22,975 nucleotides of DNA from the IMG/VR virus record IMGVR_UViG_3300019375_000023; one strand, written 5' to 3'. The position numbers and the translations under genes were made by a program. Position 1 is the first letter of the stretch; each line of letters opens with the position of its first letter. Of this stretch, positions 1-8,851 are shown in pieces. This DNA comes from a virus. The notes under the pieces are model-generated. The model was not told where the DNA came from, ran no database searches, and saw nothing but the letters and a program-made list of their open reading frames with translations.

Positions 1-2725
1 TAATAATACCATTAACAAAACCTGAAGCAGCATTAATTGCTGCACTTACAATTTGACCTGCCCATTGGAAGACAAAATTAATAATCATTGTTAAAATTGT
101 CATATATGCAGTCAAAATCAAATTCCAGATCATATTCAACATTTGAGGTAAAGTAATTTGACCACTAAGAAATGCCTGGAAAATATTAATAAGCTGAGAT
201 ACTGCATTCCAGATTACCAATAATATATTACTGAGTAAATCCCATGCAGGCATAAACATTTCAACAAGATACGTTACTATTTCCACAAAAATATCAATTA
301 AAGGCCTAATAGATTCCACAATAGGTGAAATAATACCACCAATAAATCCTGCAATAGCATTGAATACTTCCTGAAATACTTCCCAAGTTCTTTGTAATGC
401 TGGAACAATACCTGGACTACAACCGAGCAATATACATACAATTTTTCTTAATAATTCCCATACAAAGATTATTGGAGAGGCCATAGTAGCTAAAAATCCT
501 CCGAAAGCACCAAATTTACTTTGAGCAGTCTGCACTGCTGAAGCAACAGATTGAAACACAGGTATTAAAAATTGTATAATGCTAATTACAGTACGGATAG
601 GCATAGTTATTACTTGCCATGCAACGCCAATTCCTTCGATAATAGCATGAACAACATCAAATTCCCCATTAATATGAATACCAAAGAACTCTTCAACTTT
701 ACTTATTACCCATCCTATAGCAGAAACAAGACTATTCCAAGCAGTAACTAAAACTCCAATCACTGCTTTAACATCAGGATGATTAATAAATGCATTCCAC
801 ATCCTTTGTATTCCTGACCAAACCGCTGCAAGTAATGTTGGAATATCTTTCCACCATCCAAATGCTTTACCTACTTCATAAACAGCAACAGCCAAAGCAA
901 CTAATGCTACAACAATCCATGTAATAGGGTTAGACAATAATGCAGTAGTCATTCCCCATAAAGCACCAGTTAAAGTAGTTGTTCCACCAGCAGCAGTTAC
1001 AGCAGCAGCACCTTCAGCAGTCATAGCAACAGCACTTCCTGCATGGGCAGCCGCAGCAGCAATTTCTTCAGCAGTTAAACCTGCTTCAGCAGCACCAAGA
1101 GCCACCTCTTCAGCAGTTAACTCAGCTGTTGTAACGCCTTTTGCTGCTTTTGCAATAGCATTTGCTTTCTCAGCTATAGTATTCGCTAAAGTAGAAGCTG
1201 TTAAAGCACCCTCTTCTGCTTTTAATAAACCAAAGAACGTTAATAATGCCTTACCTTTACCCATTAAACTATCAAATGCTGTCAACATTGGCGCTAACAT
1301 TGGTGCAATACTGACAAAACCAGATATGCCTCCTGCAACCATGATTAACCCTTGATAAAGTTGAGGGCATTTTTCATATAAACCATGTAAAGCAAGAGCT
1401 GCTTGATCAATATATGGAGTAAACATTTCACCTACTGTACGGCCTGCAACACGGAAATCCTTTTTCACACGTTCAATATGACCAACGGTAGTATTCATCA
1501 TGTCATTCATGTTACCTGACTGGTTTAAATACTTCATAAGAGCATCTGTATACCCTTCTATATCGTCAGCAGCACCTTTCCAACCAAGATCTTCAAGTTT
1601 TTCTTTAGTAACTCCAAAGTTGTATTTTAAAGTCATGAAGTTACCATTTAATCCTGTTGCTGCTGCTTGCATGAGGGTTAATGCTTCATCACCTGATTTT
1701 CCCATGAGTATTGCTCTTTGACCAATATCATTGAGCAATGGTGCTACGTATGCTAATTGGTCATTAGTTGCACCAGTGGCCATTTTAAAATTAGACATTG
1801 CTTGACCTAGATCATCCAGACTGACTAAACTTTTGTTAGTCATTTCATCTAGACCCTCAAACATGTGAGTAGCAGTGCCATCAACATTTTTAAAAGTATA
1901 ATTCAGATTTTCATATCCTTTAATAAGATCATTTGTCGCTTCTTTGCTTCCTGTTGTGGCTTGCATTAATGCAGTCATTCTTTCACGACCCATTGCCAAA
2001 CCAATAGTCATGTCAGTGATGCTAGCCATTCCAAGACCACCTATAGCAGAAGCGATAAACCCCCCTAAGCCATTAAAAGCATTGCTTAAATTATCAATAT
2101 GGGAACGTACAGTCTGTAATGCGCTAGATAAATGTGTTTTTATGTAGTCTCCAAAAACAGTTACTTTATTTTTAACTAAATCCCATTTGGCACCAACATA
2201 TTCTTGGATAGTTGAGCCTACAACCTGTATTTTTCCTTTTAAAGAATCTACATCAGTCCCCATTAGAGACATTTTAGTTCTTGTAAACTCGAAAGTATTG
2301 CCCCATGTTTGAGTTTCTCTCTGTAAAGCGTTGAATTTATTAATAGCTAACTGAACATCATCAGCTAAAAAACCAAAGGCTGCTTTGCCTTGACTGTCTA
2401 GTTGACTCCAATATGTAAGTAATCTTTGTGATGATTCATCTAATCTATTAAAGTTTACAATGGCTCTTTGAGTTGATTCGCCCATGTTGTTAAATGACTT
2501 TGCACCGTTTTCTCCTACTCTCGTAGCAGCTTGTGCGACACGATTTATGTTAGTAACACTCTGATTATACTTTTTATTAACGTCATCCACAGCCAAAGCT
2601 GTTTTTTTATTTGATTGTTGTGCTGTATTACCTAATTTACTAATAGCTTGATCTGCTTTTTGAGCCATTTGGGTGGCTTGGTCTTCCATTTTTAATATAA
2701 TTTTAACAATATTTTCAGAAACCAT
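1..2725 (-). CDS. Tail tape measure protein (partial, runs off the window start; absent from the ORF track)
   Basis: ATG at 2725 with GGTGG SD. Frame is open at the spot-checked segments: MVSENIVKIILKMEDQATQMAQK..., ...ALLSNPITWIVVALVALAVAVYEVGKAFGWW..., ...GQIVSAAINAASGFVNGII. Ala/Gly-rich helical sequence with periodic Trp, directly after the tail chaperone. Confidence 0.92.
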   Translation of the reverse strand, partial: MVSENIVKIILKMEDQATQMAQKADQAISKLGNTAQQSNKKTALAVDDVNKKYNQSVTNINRVAQAATRVGENGAKSFNNMGESTQRAIVNFNRLDESSQRLLTYWSQLDSQGKAAFGFLADDVQLAINKFNALQRETQTWGNTFEFTRTKMSLMGTDVDSLKGKIQVVGSTIQEYVGAKWDLVKNKVTVFGDYIKTHLSSALQTVRSHIDNLSNAFNGLGGFIASAIGGLGMASITDMTIGLAMGRERMTALMQATTGSKEATNDLIKGYENLNYTFKNVDGTATHMFEGLDEMTNKSLVSLDDLGQAMSNFKMATGATNDQLAYVAPLLNDIGQRAILMGKSGDEALTLMQAAATGLNGNFMTLKYNFGVTKEKLEDLGWKGAADDIEGYTDALMKYLNQSGNMNDMMNTTVGHIERVKKDFRVAGRTVGEMFTPYIDQAALALHGLYEKCPQLYQGLIMVAGGISGFVSIAPMLAPMLTAFDSLMGKGKALLTFFGLLKAEEGALTASTLANTIAEKANAIAKAAKGVTTAELTAEEVALGAAEAGLTAEEIAAAAAHAGSAVAMTAEGAAAVTAAGGTTTLTGALWGMTTALLSNPITWIVVALVALAVAVYEVGKAFGWWKDIPTLLAAVWSGIQRMWNAFINHPDVKAVIGVLVTAWNSLVSAIGWVISKVEEFFGIHINGEFDVVHAIIEGIGVAWQVITMPIRTVISIIQFLIPVFQSVASAVQTAQSKFGAFGGFLATMASPIIFVWELLRKIVCILLGCSPGIVPALQRTWEVFQEVFNAIAGFIGGIISPIVESIRPLIDIFVEIVTYLVEMFMPAWDLLSNILLVIWNAVSQLINIFQAFLSGQITLPQMLNMIWNLILTAYMTILTMIINFVFQWAGQIVSAAINAASGFVNGII

Positions 2726-2738
2726 TGAAAACCACCAT

Positions 2739-2898
2739 TTATTTTTTTACTTCATTCATTTTTTTATGTAATTCAGCACGCCCTTTACTAATAAAATAAG
2801 ATTGAATGTAAGTTAAATCACTGCTACGCTCACATAAATGGTATCCGCAGTAATCTAACCAGATTATGTCTTGCCCTTCATCACTCTTCAGGAAATTT
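2739..2898 (-). CDS. Tail assembly chaperone C-terminal extension (gpT-like), reachable only by a +1 frameshift
   Basis: Open frame ...NFLKSDEGQDIIWLDYCGYHLCERSSDLTYIQSYFISKGRAELHKKMNEVKK* fills the chaperone-TMP gap. It has no usable start codon, is bounded upstream by TAG, and is +1 relative to the chaperone frame. Confidence 0.7.
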
Positions 2899-3309
2899 AT
2901 CTATATCTCCTTTTGTAACCTCAAGGCCAGATAATTCATTAATTGCATCAACGATTTCATTTACTGCATCACGCGGTAATTTTCCAATGTCCTCTTCAGT
3001 CCATGGATCATCCGCATTTTTAGGATTGTCAAGACTCATTTCTATTTTACGATCACGTGCTTTTGCACCATTAACAGTTGCTAAATGAACGTTTATTTTT
3101 CCTTTGGCAACGGTTTCCCCTTGTATTCTACCACGAGATTTACTGTTTGTTTCGTAGGATTCCATTCCTTTAGCTTCGATTTTATCAAGTTCATCTAACT
3201 CTGAATTAGATAATGGTCTTAACCAGAGTTCACCATCTAATGCTTCAATGTGTATTTTTTTAGGGTCGTTGATACCTTGTAAAATTTGTGATTTTTTTAA
3301 TATTGCCAT
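2881..3309 (-). CDS. Tail assembly chaperone (gpG-like)
   Basis: Lies between tail tube and TMP. The ...IGKLPRDAVNEIVDAINELSGL C-terminus is typical of chaperones. GGAGG SD favours ATG 3309 over 3324. Confidence 0.75.
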   Translation of the reverse strand: MAILKKSQILQGINDPKKIHIEALDGELWLRPLSNSELDELDKIEAKGMESYETNSKSRGRIQGETVAKGKINVHLATVNGAKARDRKIEMSLDNPKNADDPWTEEDIGKLPRDAVNEIVDAINELSGLEVTKGDIDKFPEE

Positions 3310-3368
3310 TTTAAATGCCTCCATTCTTTATAATTTTGAAAAATAATAAAAGTTTTTAGCCTCATTCT

Positions 3369-3378
3369 AAAAAAAAAA
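3369..3378 (-). terminator. Oligo(T)10 tract, candidate archaeal intrinsic terminator
   Basis: T10 on the coding strand 13 nt after the stop of the PEGA-like ORF. Archaeal RNAP is known to terminate at oligo(dT), but such runs are common in this AT-rich DNA. Confidence 0.35.
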
Positions 3379-3391
3379 TATTATAATAGGT

Positions 3392-3640
3392 TTATTGAGG
3401 CTCTAAAGTAATATCTAAAGTTTCAGTGCTAGAAGTAATTGTTACTTCCTGACTGTAAGTTACGTAACCGGTTTTAGTTGCTGTTACAGTAACCGTGCCT
3501 ACAGGAACATCATGCAAGGTACATCCACCTTGACTACCAGTAGTGCCTGTGATTTCTCCTATTGCAACTTCAACTTGACTTACAGGATTTGTTCCATCAG
3601 TTACGCTTATTGCTAAATCATCAATAGTTTCAGGATTCAC
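3392..3640 (-). CDS. PEGA / carboxypeptidase-regulatory-like (Ig-like beta-sandwich) domain, probably fused to the tail tube protein by frameshift
   Basis: LAISVTDG.NPV..VEV.IG...G.T...G...L.DVPVGTVTVTATKTGY..YSQEVTI pattern. The GTG start is 1 nt after the tail tube stop and has no separate SD. Confidence 0.75.
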   Translation of the reverse strand: MNPETIDDLAISVTDGTNPVSQVEVAIGEITGTTGSQGGCTLHDVPVGTVTVTATKTGYVTYSQEVTITSSTETLDITLEPQ

Positions 3641-3641
3641 C

Positions 3642-4673
3642 TCAGATGCTGGGAGCTATCTTAGGTTGTTTATTGACTAATTTAACATACATATCTGTTT
3701 TCTTAGTAGTTCCATCGGCTAATGTAACCTCTTCAGAACCTAATGTAGCCATGTTTAATGTTGCTTCCACATCATCAATACCACTACTGTCGAATTCAGC
3801 TAAGAGAGTACATTTAGGGAATAAAATAGTTAATCCTAGGCCAGGATATTCACATAATTCAACATCAATTTGTAATGGGACCTGTAATATTTTACATTTT
3901 GCAGGTTCAAGAAGGTCTACATCACCGTATCTTGCATCTAATATTGCTCTTACAGTTTCTTGAGTAAGTGTAGTTACAATGCTGATACTGTTTTCTCTTT
4001 TTCCTGCTTTTGCTTGTCCTTGCGGATGTCTGTAACCAAAGCCTATCGTTTTGTCAACGTCATGATTGTTACTTCCTTCGAAGGTAAAACTTGTCTGCAC
4101 GCCGGCAGGGTCATTACCATTGAGTTTTAACATGACATCGTAAAACATTATGAATAAATCATCTTCTAGTTCTTCGGCTCTTTCGTAATCGTTTTCACCG
4201 GCTAAAATTTCAGAGAACTCTGTTTTATAAATGAAGTCAGTTCCAAGAGTCATGTCTTCTGAAGATACTTCGAGTTTCATTGAATCGACGATTAAACCCA
4301 TTAAGTAGAAAATTAAATCGTCGTTAACTGCTTTTCCTCTGAAACTTTTTAATAATTTAGATTCACCACCCCAGAACTCATGGGTGTTTTTACCATTTTG
4401 GCCTGCTGTGAACTTATAATTATCTAAGAATCCGTAAAAGTAAGCTCCTAATATTTGGAGGTTTGCTGAAGTTTCTATACTACCTGTTGGTTTGATTACT
4501 CCAGCTCTTGCTTTTTGATTCATTCTTGAACCGAAACTTTTGGTTACCGGTTCGTCATTGAGTTTAAAATCCATGCTGTCTACATCATGGTCAAAAAGTA
4601 AGTGAAAATCATCTTTGTCTACTTCCTCACCATAGGCAGCTTCTGGTTCTAAACCAAATACTCTACAACTCAT
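3642..4673 (-). CDS. Major tail (tube) protein
   Basis: 343 aa, acidic and beta-rich, starting MSCRVFGLEPEAAYG. Positioned after the tail terminator and before the chaperone. GGTGA SD. Confidence 0.75.
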   Translation of the reverse strand: MSCRVFGLEPEAAYGEEVDKDDFHLLFDHDVDSMDFKLNDEPVTKSFGSRMNQKARAGVIKPTGSIETSANLQILGAYFYGFLDNYKFTAGQNGKNTHEFWGGESKLLKSFRGKAVNDDLIFYLMGLIVDSMKLEVSSEDMTLGTDFIYKTEFSEILAGENDYERAEELEDDLFIMFYDVMLKLNGNDPAGVQTSFTFEGSNNHDVDKTIGFGYRHPQGQAKAGKRENSISIVTTLTQETVRAILDARYGDVDLLEPAKCKILQVPLQIDVELCEYPGLGLTILFPKCTLLAEFDSSGIDDVEATLNMATLGSEEVTLADGTTKKTDMYVKLVNKQPKIAPSI

Positions 4674-4675
4674 TT

Positions 4676-5215
4676 TTAATCACCATCATCATTATCATCA
4701 TTATTATTTTCGTTATTTTTTCGTTTACAACAGTTTAACCAGTCAATATTATGTTTTACGCTTATAACAATGCTAGTAGCAGGTACTTTTTCACGTTTAC
4801 CTCTAATCTCAATTTCTCCAACAGGATAGAAGGCTACAAAATAGATATTGTTTATAACACGTACCCCATACTCTTTTTGTATATGTTGTAAGTTTTTCAT
4901 GACTGCTAAACATGCACGGCTTGCAAGGTTTTGACCTTTTAACTCAGCAATTTCAGGGTCAGGATCATATTCAATACATACAAATTCAAAAGTAGTAATT
5001 AAATCAATATCACGTGATAATCTTGTTTTCGCATTATCATAGGGTATTGTTGGATGTTGACGAATCCATATAGCTGGTTCATCAATACCTTCCTCATTAT
5101 TGGCAACAGTTATTACTGAAAGCACATCATTTAACATTCCTTCTGGAGTGTTTTCTGATGTTATGCATTCTTTTATGATTTGGCTAACTGCTTCGAAGCC
5201 TGTGATTATGTTCAT
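4676..5215 (-). CDS. Tail terminator / tail completion protein (putative)
   Basis: 179 aa immediately upstream of the tail tube gene. Alternating alpha/beta pattern. ATGA overlap with the upstream gene. Confidence 0.55.
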   Translation of the reverse strand: MNIITGFEAVSQIIKECITSENTPEGMLNDVLSVITVANNEEGIDEPAIWIRQHPTIPYDNAKTRLSRDIDLITTFEFVCIEYDPDPEIAELKGQNLASRACLAVMKNLQHIQKEYGVRVINNIYFVAFYPVGEIEIRGKREKVPATSIVISVKHNIDWLNCCKRKNNENNNDDNDDGD

Positions 5216-5673
5216 TGTATCACTTCATTTACTGATTTTATAAATATCTCCTGTATTTTTCCTTGAGTTTGTTTAATGCTTTTTTCAACGAAATGTTGGC
5301 CTTTTTGACCTTTACTATATTTTAGGAAGGCATATCCATCTTTGTTTACAGGACCTTTCCATTTTTTACCTGGTTTGAAGGCTAATGCTTTCCCTTTTTT
5401 AGGTTTTATTACACTTCCACCGTTGTAGATTCCTGTCCCATCATTTGGAAAAATAGCATATTTTGCTGGAGTTCGGATTTCTATCTGTTCAGGTGAGGTA
5501 CTAGCAAAGAACCATTGTCTGAGTAATCCATGATCAACAGGACTATTCAAACCTAGGTTTCTTAACATGTCTTGACCTGTTAATTTTAATCCTCTTTGTT
5601 TGATTTGTGGTAGTTTATCACTAATACGCTGGTATTGTGAATCATCTACGTTTATGATAACTTTTACCATCAT
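5212..5673 (-). CDS. HK97 gp10-like neck / tail completion protein
   Basis: SPVDHGLLRQW...TPAKYAIFPNDGTG...KGQKGQHFVEKSI resembles the HK97-gp10-like family pattern (PV.TG.LR, YA..v..GT, g..FL). Confidence 0.7.
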   Translation of the reverse strand: MMVKVIINVDDSQYQRISDKLPQIKQRGLKLTGQDMLRNLGLNSPVDHGLLRQWFFASTSPEQIEIRTPAKYAIFPNDGTGIYNGGSVIKPKKGKALAFKPGKKWKGPVNKDGYAFLKYSKGQKGQHFVEKSIKQTQGKIQEIFIKSVNEVIQ

Positions 5674-6070
5674 CCTCTCCTGTTATTGCAAAGAATTCTA
5701 TTTTATCTGATTTACGGGATTTGTCTATTACATATGGTGCAAGGTCGTCTTTAAGGTCATTGCTGAATACACGCATGTTTACAATGTTTACTTGCCAATC
5801 ATTGACCTGTGTTATTGGTGTATCCCTTCTGGCTGTGGCTAATGCAACCATATTGCCGGTTAATCTGATGCATACATTTTGCACTGCTTCTGGTATATTT
5901 TCACCATACTTTTTGAAGTCATTATTACAGTAGTCTTTAATTAAAGAAGTGGATTGTTTAATCCAATTCTCGACAATATCCTCCAATTTGCTTTCATCAT
6001 CTGTTGATAAATTTAAATGCTTTGGTTTCAAACCAGTAAAATCTATTACTTCATCTACAGTACAAAACAT
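5642..6070 (-). CDS. Head-tail adaptor (gp6/gp15-like connector)
   Basis: MFCTVDEV...LEDIVENWIKQSTSLIKDYC...IPEAVQNVCIRL is a typical adaptor helical pattern. Position follows the MCP. Confidence 0.7.
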   Translation of the reverse strand: MFCTVDEVIDFTGLKPKHLNLSTDDESKLEDIVENWIKQSTSLIKDYCNNDFKKYGENIPEAVQNVCIRLTGNMVALATARRDTPITQVNDWQVNIVNMRVFSNDLKDDLAPYVIDKSRKSDKIEFFAITGEDDGKSYHKRR

Positions 6071-6086
6071 AAAATCACCATCTCTT

Positions 6087-6503
6087 TTAGTTTGCAGTAA
6101 TAGTTACAAAAATCTCCGCTGAAGTAGTACCAGCATCAGTGAATAACTCATAAACAGTTCCATCAGTCTTAGCAGAAGAAATAATATAATACTTATTACC
6201 AACGAAACCATCAACAGAGTTAGTTTTCACTTCAACCTCAGTATATCCATTAGATTCTACACCAGTTGTTTCTACAGTTCCAGTACCCCATTCAGTAGTT
6301 TTTTCAGCATCACTATAAGAAGTGAAAGCATAAACTACAGGAGTAAATTCAGGTTCTGGATCAGGAGTAGGTGTAGGGTCTGGAGTCTCTCCTTCAGCTT
6401 GAGCACGTAATCTCTCATAAGCTTTATGAGGATTACGTATAAAACCCTTGCGGATTTTACGTTTCTCTGTAAGAGTTAAATCATTCCAAGATTCTAAAGC
6501 CAT
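6087..6503 (-). CDS. Putative capsid decoration / head fibre protein
   Basis: Basic N-terminal helix, ETPDPTPTPDPEPE linker and Thr/Gly/Tyr-rich beta C-terminal domain, directly after the MCP. GGTGG SD supports ATG 6503. Confidence 0.55.
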   Translation of the reverse strand: MALESWNDLTLTEKRKIRKGFIRNPHKAYERLRAQAEGETPDPTPTPDPEPEFTPVVYAFTSYSDAEKTTEWGTGTVETTGVESNGYTEVEVKTNSVDGFVGNKYYIISSAKTDGTVYELFTDAGTTSAEIFVTITAN

Positions 6504-6512
6504 AAATACCAC

Positions 6513-7580
6513 CTATGCTTTGGCTTCATCTTGGATTTCAGCTAACTCCTCTAAGGTTAATTTTCCAACAATTAAGCTGCTGAATACTTCAAGTCCAGCA
6601 TCTCCTTTCATACGATACCAGAAGTTAGTTTGTTCATCACCAGCTTTACGTTCCATTTCCATGCTGATGTCTTTGTAAACACCCCATCTCATTAAGTCTG
6701 GGAATCCTCCAAGACATGTTGCAGTGTTATCTAATGCTTTACAATCTTCAGCATCCAATTCTGGAGCATATTTAACATTCCAACGTTTGTATTTTAAAGG
6801 AGCATCACCGACTTGCATACTGTCCCCAAGTGCAGTATTACGTGATTTTAAAAGATTCCTATAAGCATCTTCAACTTCAAAAGGAACATAAATATTAAAT
6901 CTATTCATAAGATTTGATTGTCTTACTCTTGCAGGTACCGCTGCAATTAATGCATCAAATAAAGCTTCAATAGTATCTTCATGAACATTAAATGCTTTTT
7001 CTGCATTAGTAGAACCTAATTCACTTGATTTTAAAGTAGTAGTTGCTTGTTTAACCCATCCATCGAAAGTATGGAACAAAAGTTCTTCATCATAATCTAA
7101 ATCAGTGTCCCCGAATACAGCAATAGCAGCTAAGTCTTCACCCATTGCTGCACCCATCATGGATTGTAGGGTAGATTCAAATTGTGTTCCTTCGATGTTG
7201 TCATCAAGATCATCATCAAGAATGGAAGTTTTTGCTTTTAATTTTTTAGCGTTTAATTCAGCAGAACCAAAACCGATTTTAGCTTCTTTTAAGTCGCTTT
7301 TGGTTGTTCTACTTTCTTTTAAACGTCCGTCTTGCAATACTCTTCCTTCGATTCTAGCACCTGAAGTTACTTCAGATTCTCTTGTCATTCTTTTGAATGC
7401 TGCATCGTTAAGAATAACGCTGTTGATTTGCATTTCACGTACAAAAGTGTTATATTGTTTTCTATCCAATATACCAGCGTTTGCAAACATTGCATCGTAC
7501 ATTGTCTCATCTTCTTTCATAGCACCATCTTTTCCGGCAGCAGCTACAACTTTAGTGAGCACATTATTCATATTCACCAT
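6513..7580 (-). CDS. Major capsid protein (HK97 fold)
   Basis: 355 aa after the protease/scaffold. AGILDRKQYNTFVREM N-arm, ELNAKKLKAKTSILDDDLDDNIEG, and AIAVFGD...FDGWVKQA motifs. Strong AGGTGAT SD. Confidence 0.88.
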   Translation of the reverse strand: MVNMNNVLTKVVAAAGKDGAMKEDETMYDAMFANAGILDRKQYNTFVREMQINSVILNDAAFKRMTRESEVTSGARIEGRVLQDGRLKESRTTKSDLKEAKIGFGSAELNAKKLKAKTSILDDDLDDNIEGTQFESTLQSMMGAAMGEDLAAIAVFGDTDLDYDEELLFHTFDGWVKQATTTLKSSELGSTNAEKAFNVHEDTIEALFDALIAAVPARVRQSNLMNRFNIYVPFEVEDAYRNLLKSRNTALGDSMQVGDAPLKYKRWNVKYAPELDAEDCKALDNTATCLGGFPDLMRWGVYKDISMEMERKAGDEQTNFWYRMKGDAGLEVFSSLIVGKLTLEELAEIQDEAKA

Positions 7581-7622
7581 TACTAATCACCTATCACTTT
7601 TTTTGATTAATTTGAATAAAAA

Positions 7623-8672
7623 TTAAATATTTTTACTTGTACCATCTGGGTTTCTTCCAAGGAACGCATAAGTGTCTAAATCTTCAGTATTATTGGATTT
7701 AGTTGCTCCATTATGTACTTTTCCTTGTTTAGAACCATCTTTTTTAGGTTTTTTAGATTTTTTCTTAAGTTCCTCATCGTCGTCATCATCAGGGTTTGGT
7801 TTTGAGTCATTACCATCAGTATCTGCTGGTTTATTGTCACCAGAACCACCCTTATCATCATCGTCATTATCAGGTTCTTTTTTAGATTTAATAGCACCAA
7901 CTTCACTAAAAGCCTCTTTAATAGCATCACTTATAGTAGTGCCCATTTCTTCAGCTGCTGACTTCATAGCCGCAGCATTTTCCTCTTTAATTTCTTTAGC
8001 TAATGCATCCAAATCAGATTTAGTAGCATATCCTGGGTTATCCATACCAAGAGCTTCTCTGATTTTATCAAGTGTCTTTTTGTCATCACTCATAACATCA
8101 CTTCCATTTAATTTACATTGTTTAGATCCACTTTGACAAGGTTTTTTTACAATGCTCACAGTGATTGCATTAGGATTTGGTATATCATGAATTAACTGAC
8201 CACCACTAGCTTTAGTAGCCATGTATTTCTTGATTAATCGTCCAATATCTTCACGATGCACTGATAGACTATAACCAGTTAATATACCATCTTCAATTTC
8301 TTGTTGTGTAGTTGGATCTGTTACATCTGAAGTTAACATCCAAGTACCCGCAGGATAAGTTTCTGTACCACCATTAACGAGTTTGTAAGTAGTTTCTTCA
8401 TCGAGGATGAAACTATTTACAGGGTCTCCAACCATTTGGTCTTTAATGCTTTTAGCACTCCCTAACTCCTTGAATACTTGATGATTCTTATCAATGATTT
8501 GATAATCCTGAAATGATTCTTTAAAGAATCGTATTTCTTCTGCTGTGAATGTTCCCTCTCCCCTTTCATAATCACAATCTGGTTTGTCTGGTATCATTAC
8601 GGGAGCAGTGAATAAGAACTGATCATCACTTTTCACAGCCATGTTTTTTATTTGAATAGTTAATACCCCCAT
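7623..8672 (-). CDS. Prohead protease (XkdF-like) fused to scaffolding protein
   Basis: N-terminal domain FTAPVMIPD..D..TAEEI...HQ...GTWML...IEDGILTGYSLS...VSIVKKP, then a coiled-coil and Asp/Lys low-complexity scaffold. Alternative start at ATG 8642. Confidence 0.8.
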   Translation of the reverse strand: MGVLTIQIKNMAVKSDDQFLFTAPVMIPDKPDCDYERGEGTFTAEEIRFFKESFQDYQIIDKNHQVFKELGSAKSIKDQMVGDPVNSFILDEETTYKLVNGGTETYPAGTWMLTSDVTDPTTQQEIEDGILTGYSLSVHREDIGRLIKKYMATKASGGQLIHDIPNPNAITVSIVKKPCQSGSKQCKLNGSDVMSDDKKTLDKIREALGMDNPGYATKSDLDALAKEIKEENAAAMKSAAEEMGTTISDAIKEAFSEVGAIKSKKEPDNDDDDKGGSGDNKPADTDGNDSKPNPDDDDDEELKKKSKKPKKDGSKQGKVHNGATKSNNTEDLDTYAFLGRNPDGTSKNI

Positions 8673-8851
8673 TTTTGGGTTAAAATTAGTTTATTAAGAA
8701 GAAATTATAGAGTATTAAATTTTTTTTATGAGTATAGAAGTCGTACCATACCAATTTTAAAATTTAACTATGTATACTCGTGTTTTTTAGAAAAAAAATG
8801 TTAATACTCTTTTTTCCTATATGTTCAAAATTTTGAAGAAAAAAATATCTT

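Noticed and set aside
7105-8136. Long plus-strand ORFs (7105-7626, 7672-8136) antisense to the MCP and scaffold
   Set aside because: These are Ser-rich shadow frames of biased minus-strand genes with no SD. The same applies to the other plus-strand ORFs in the track.
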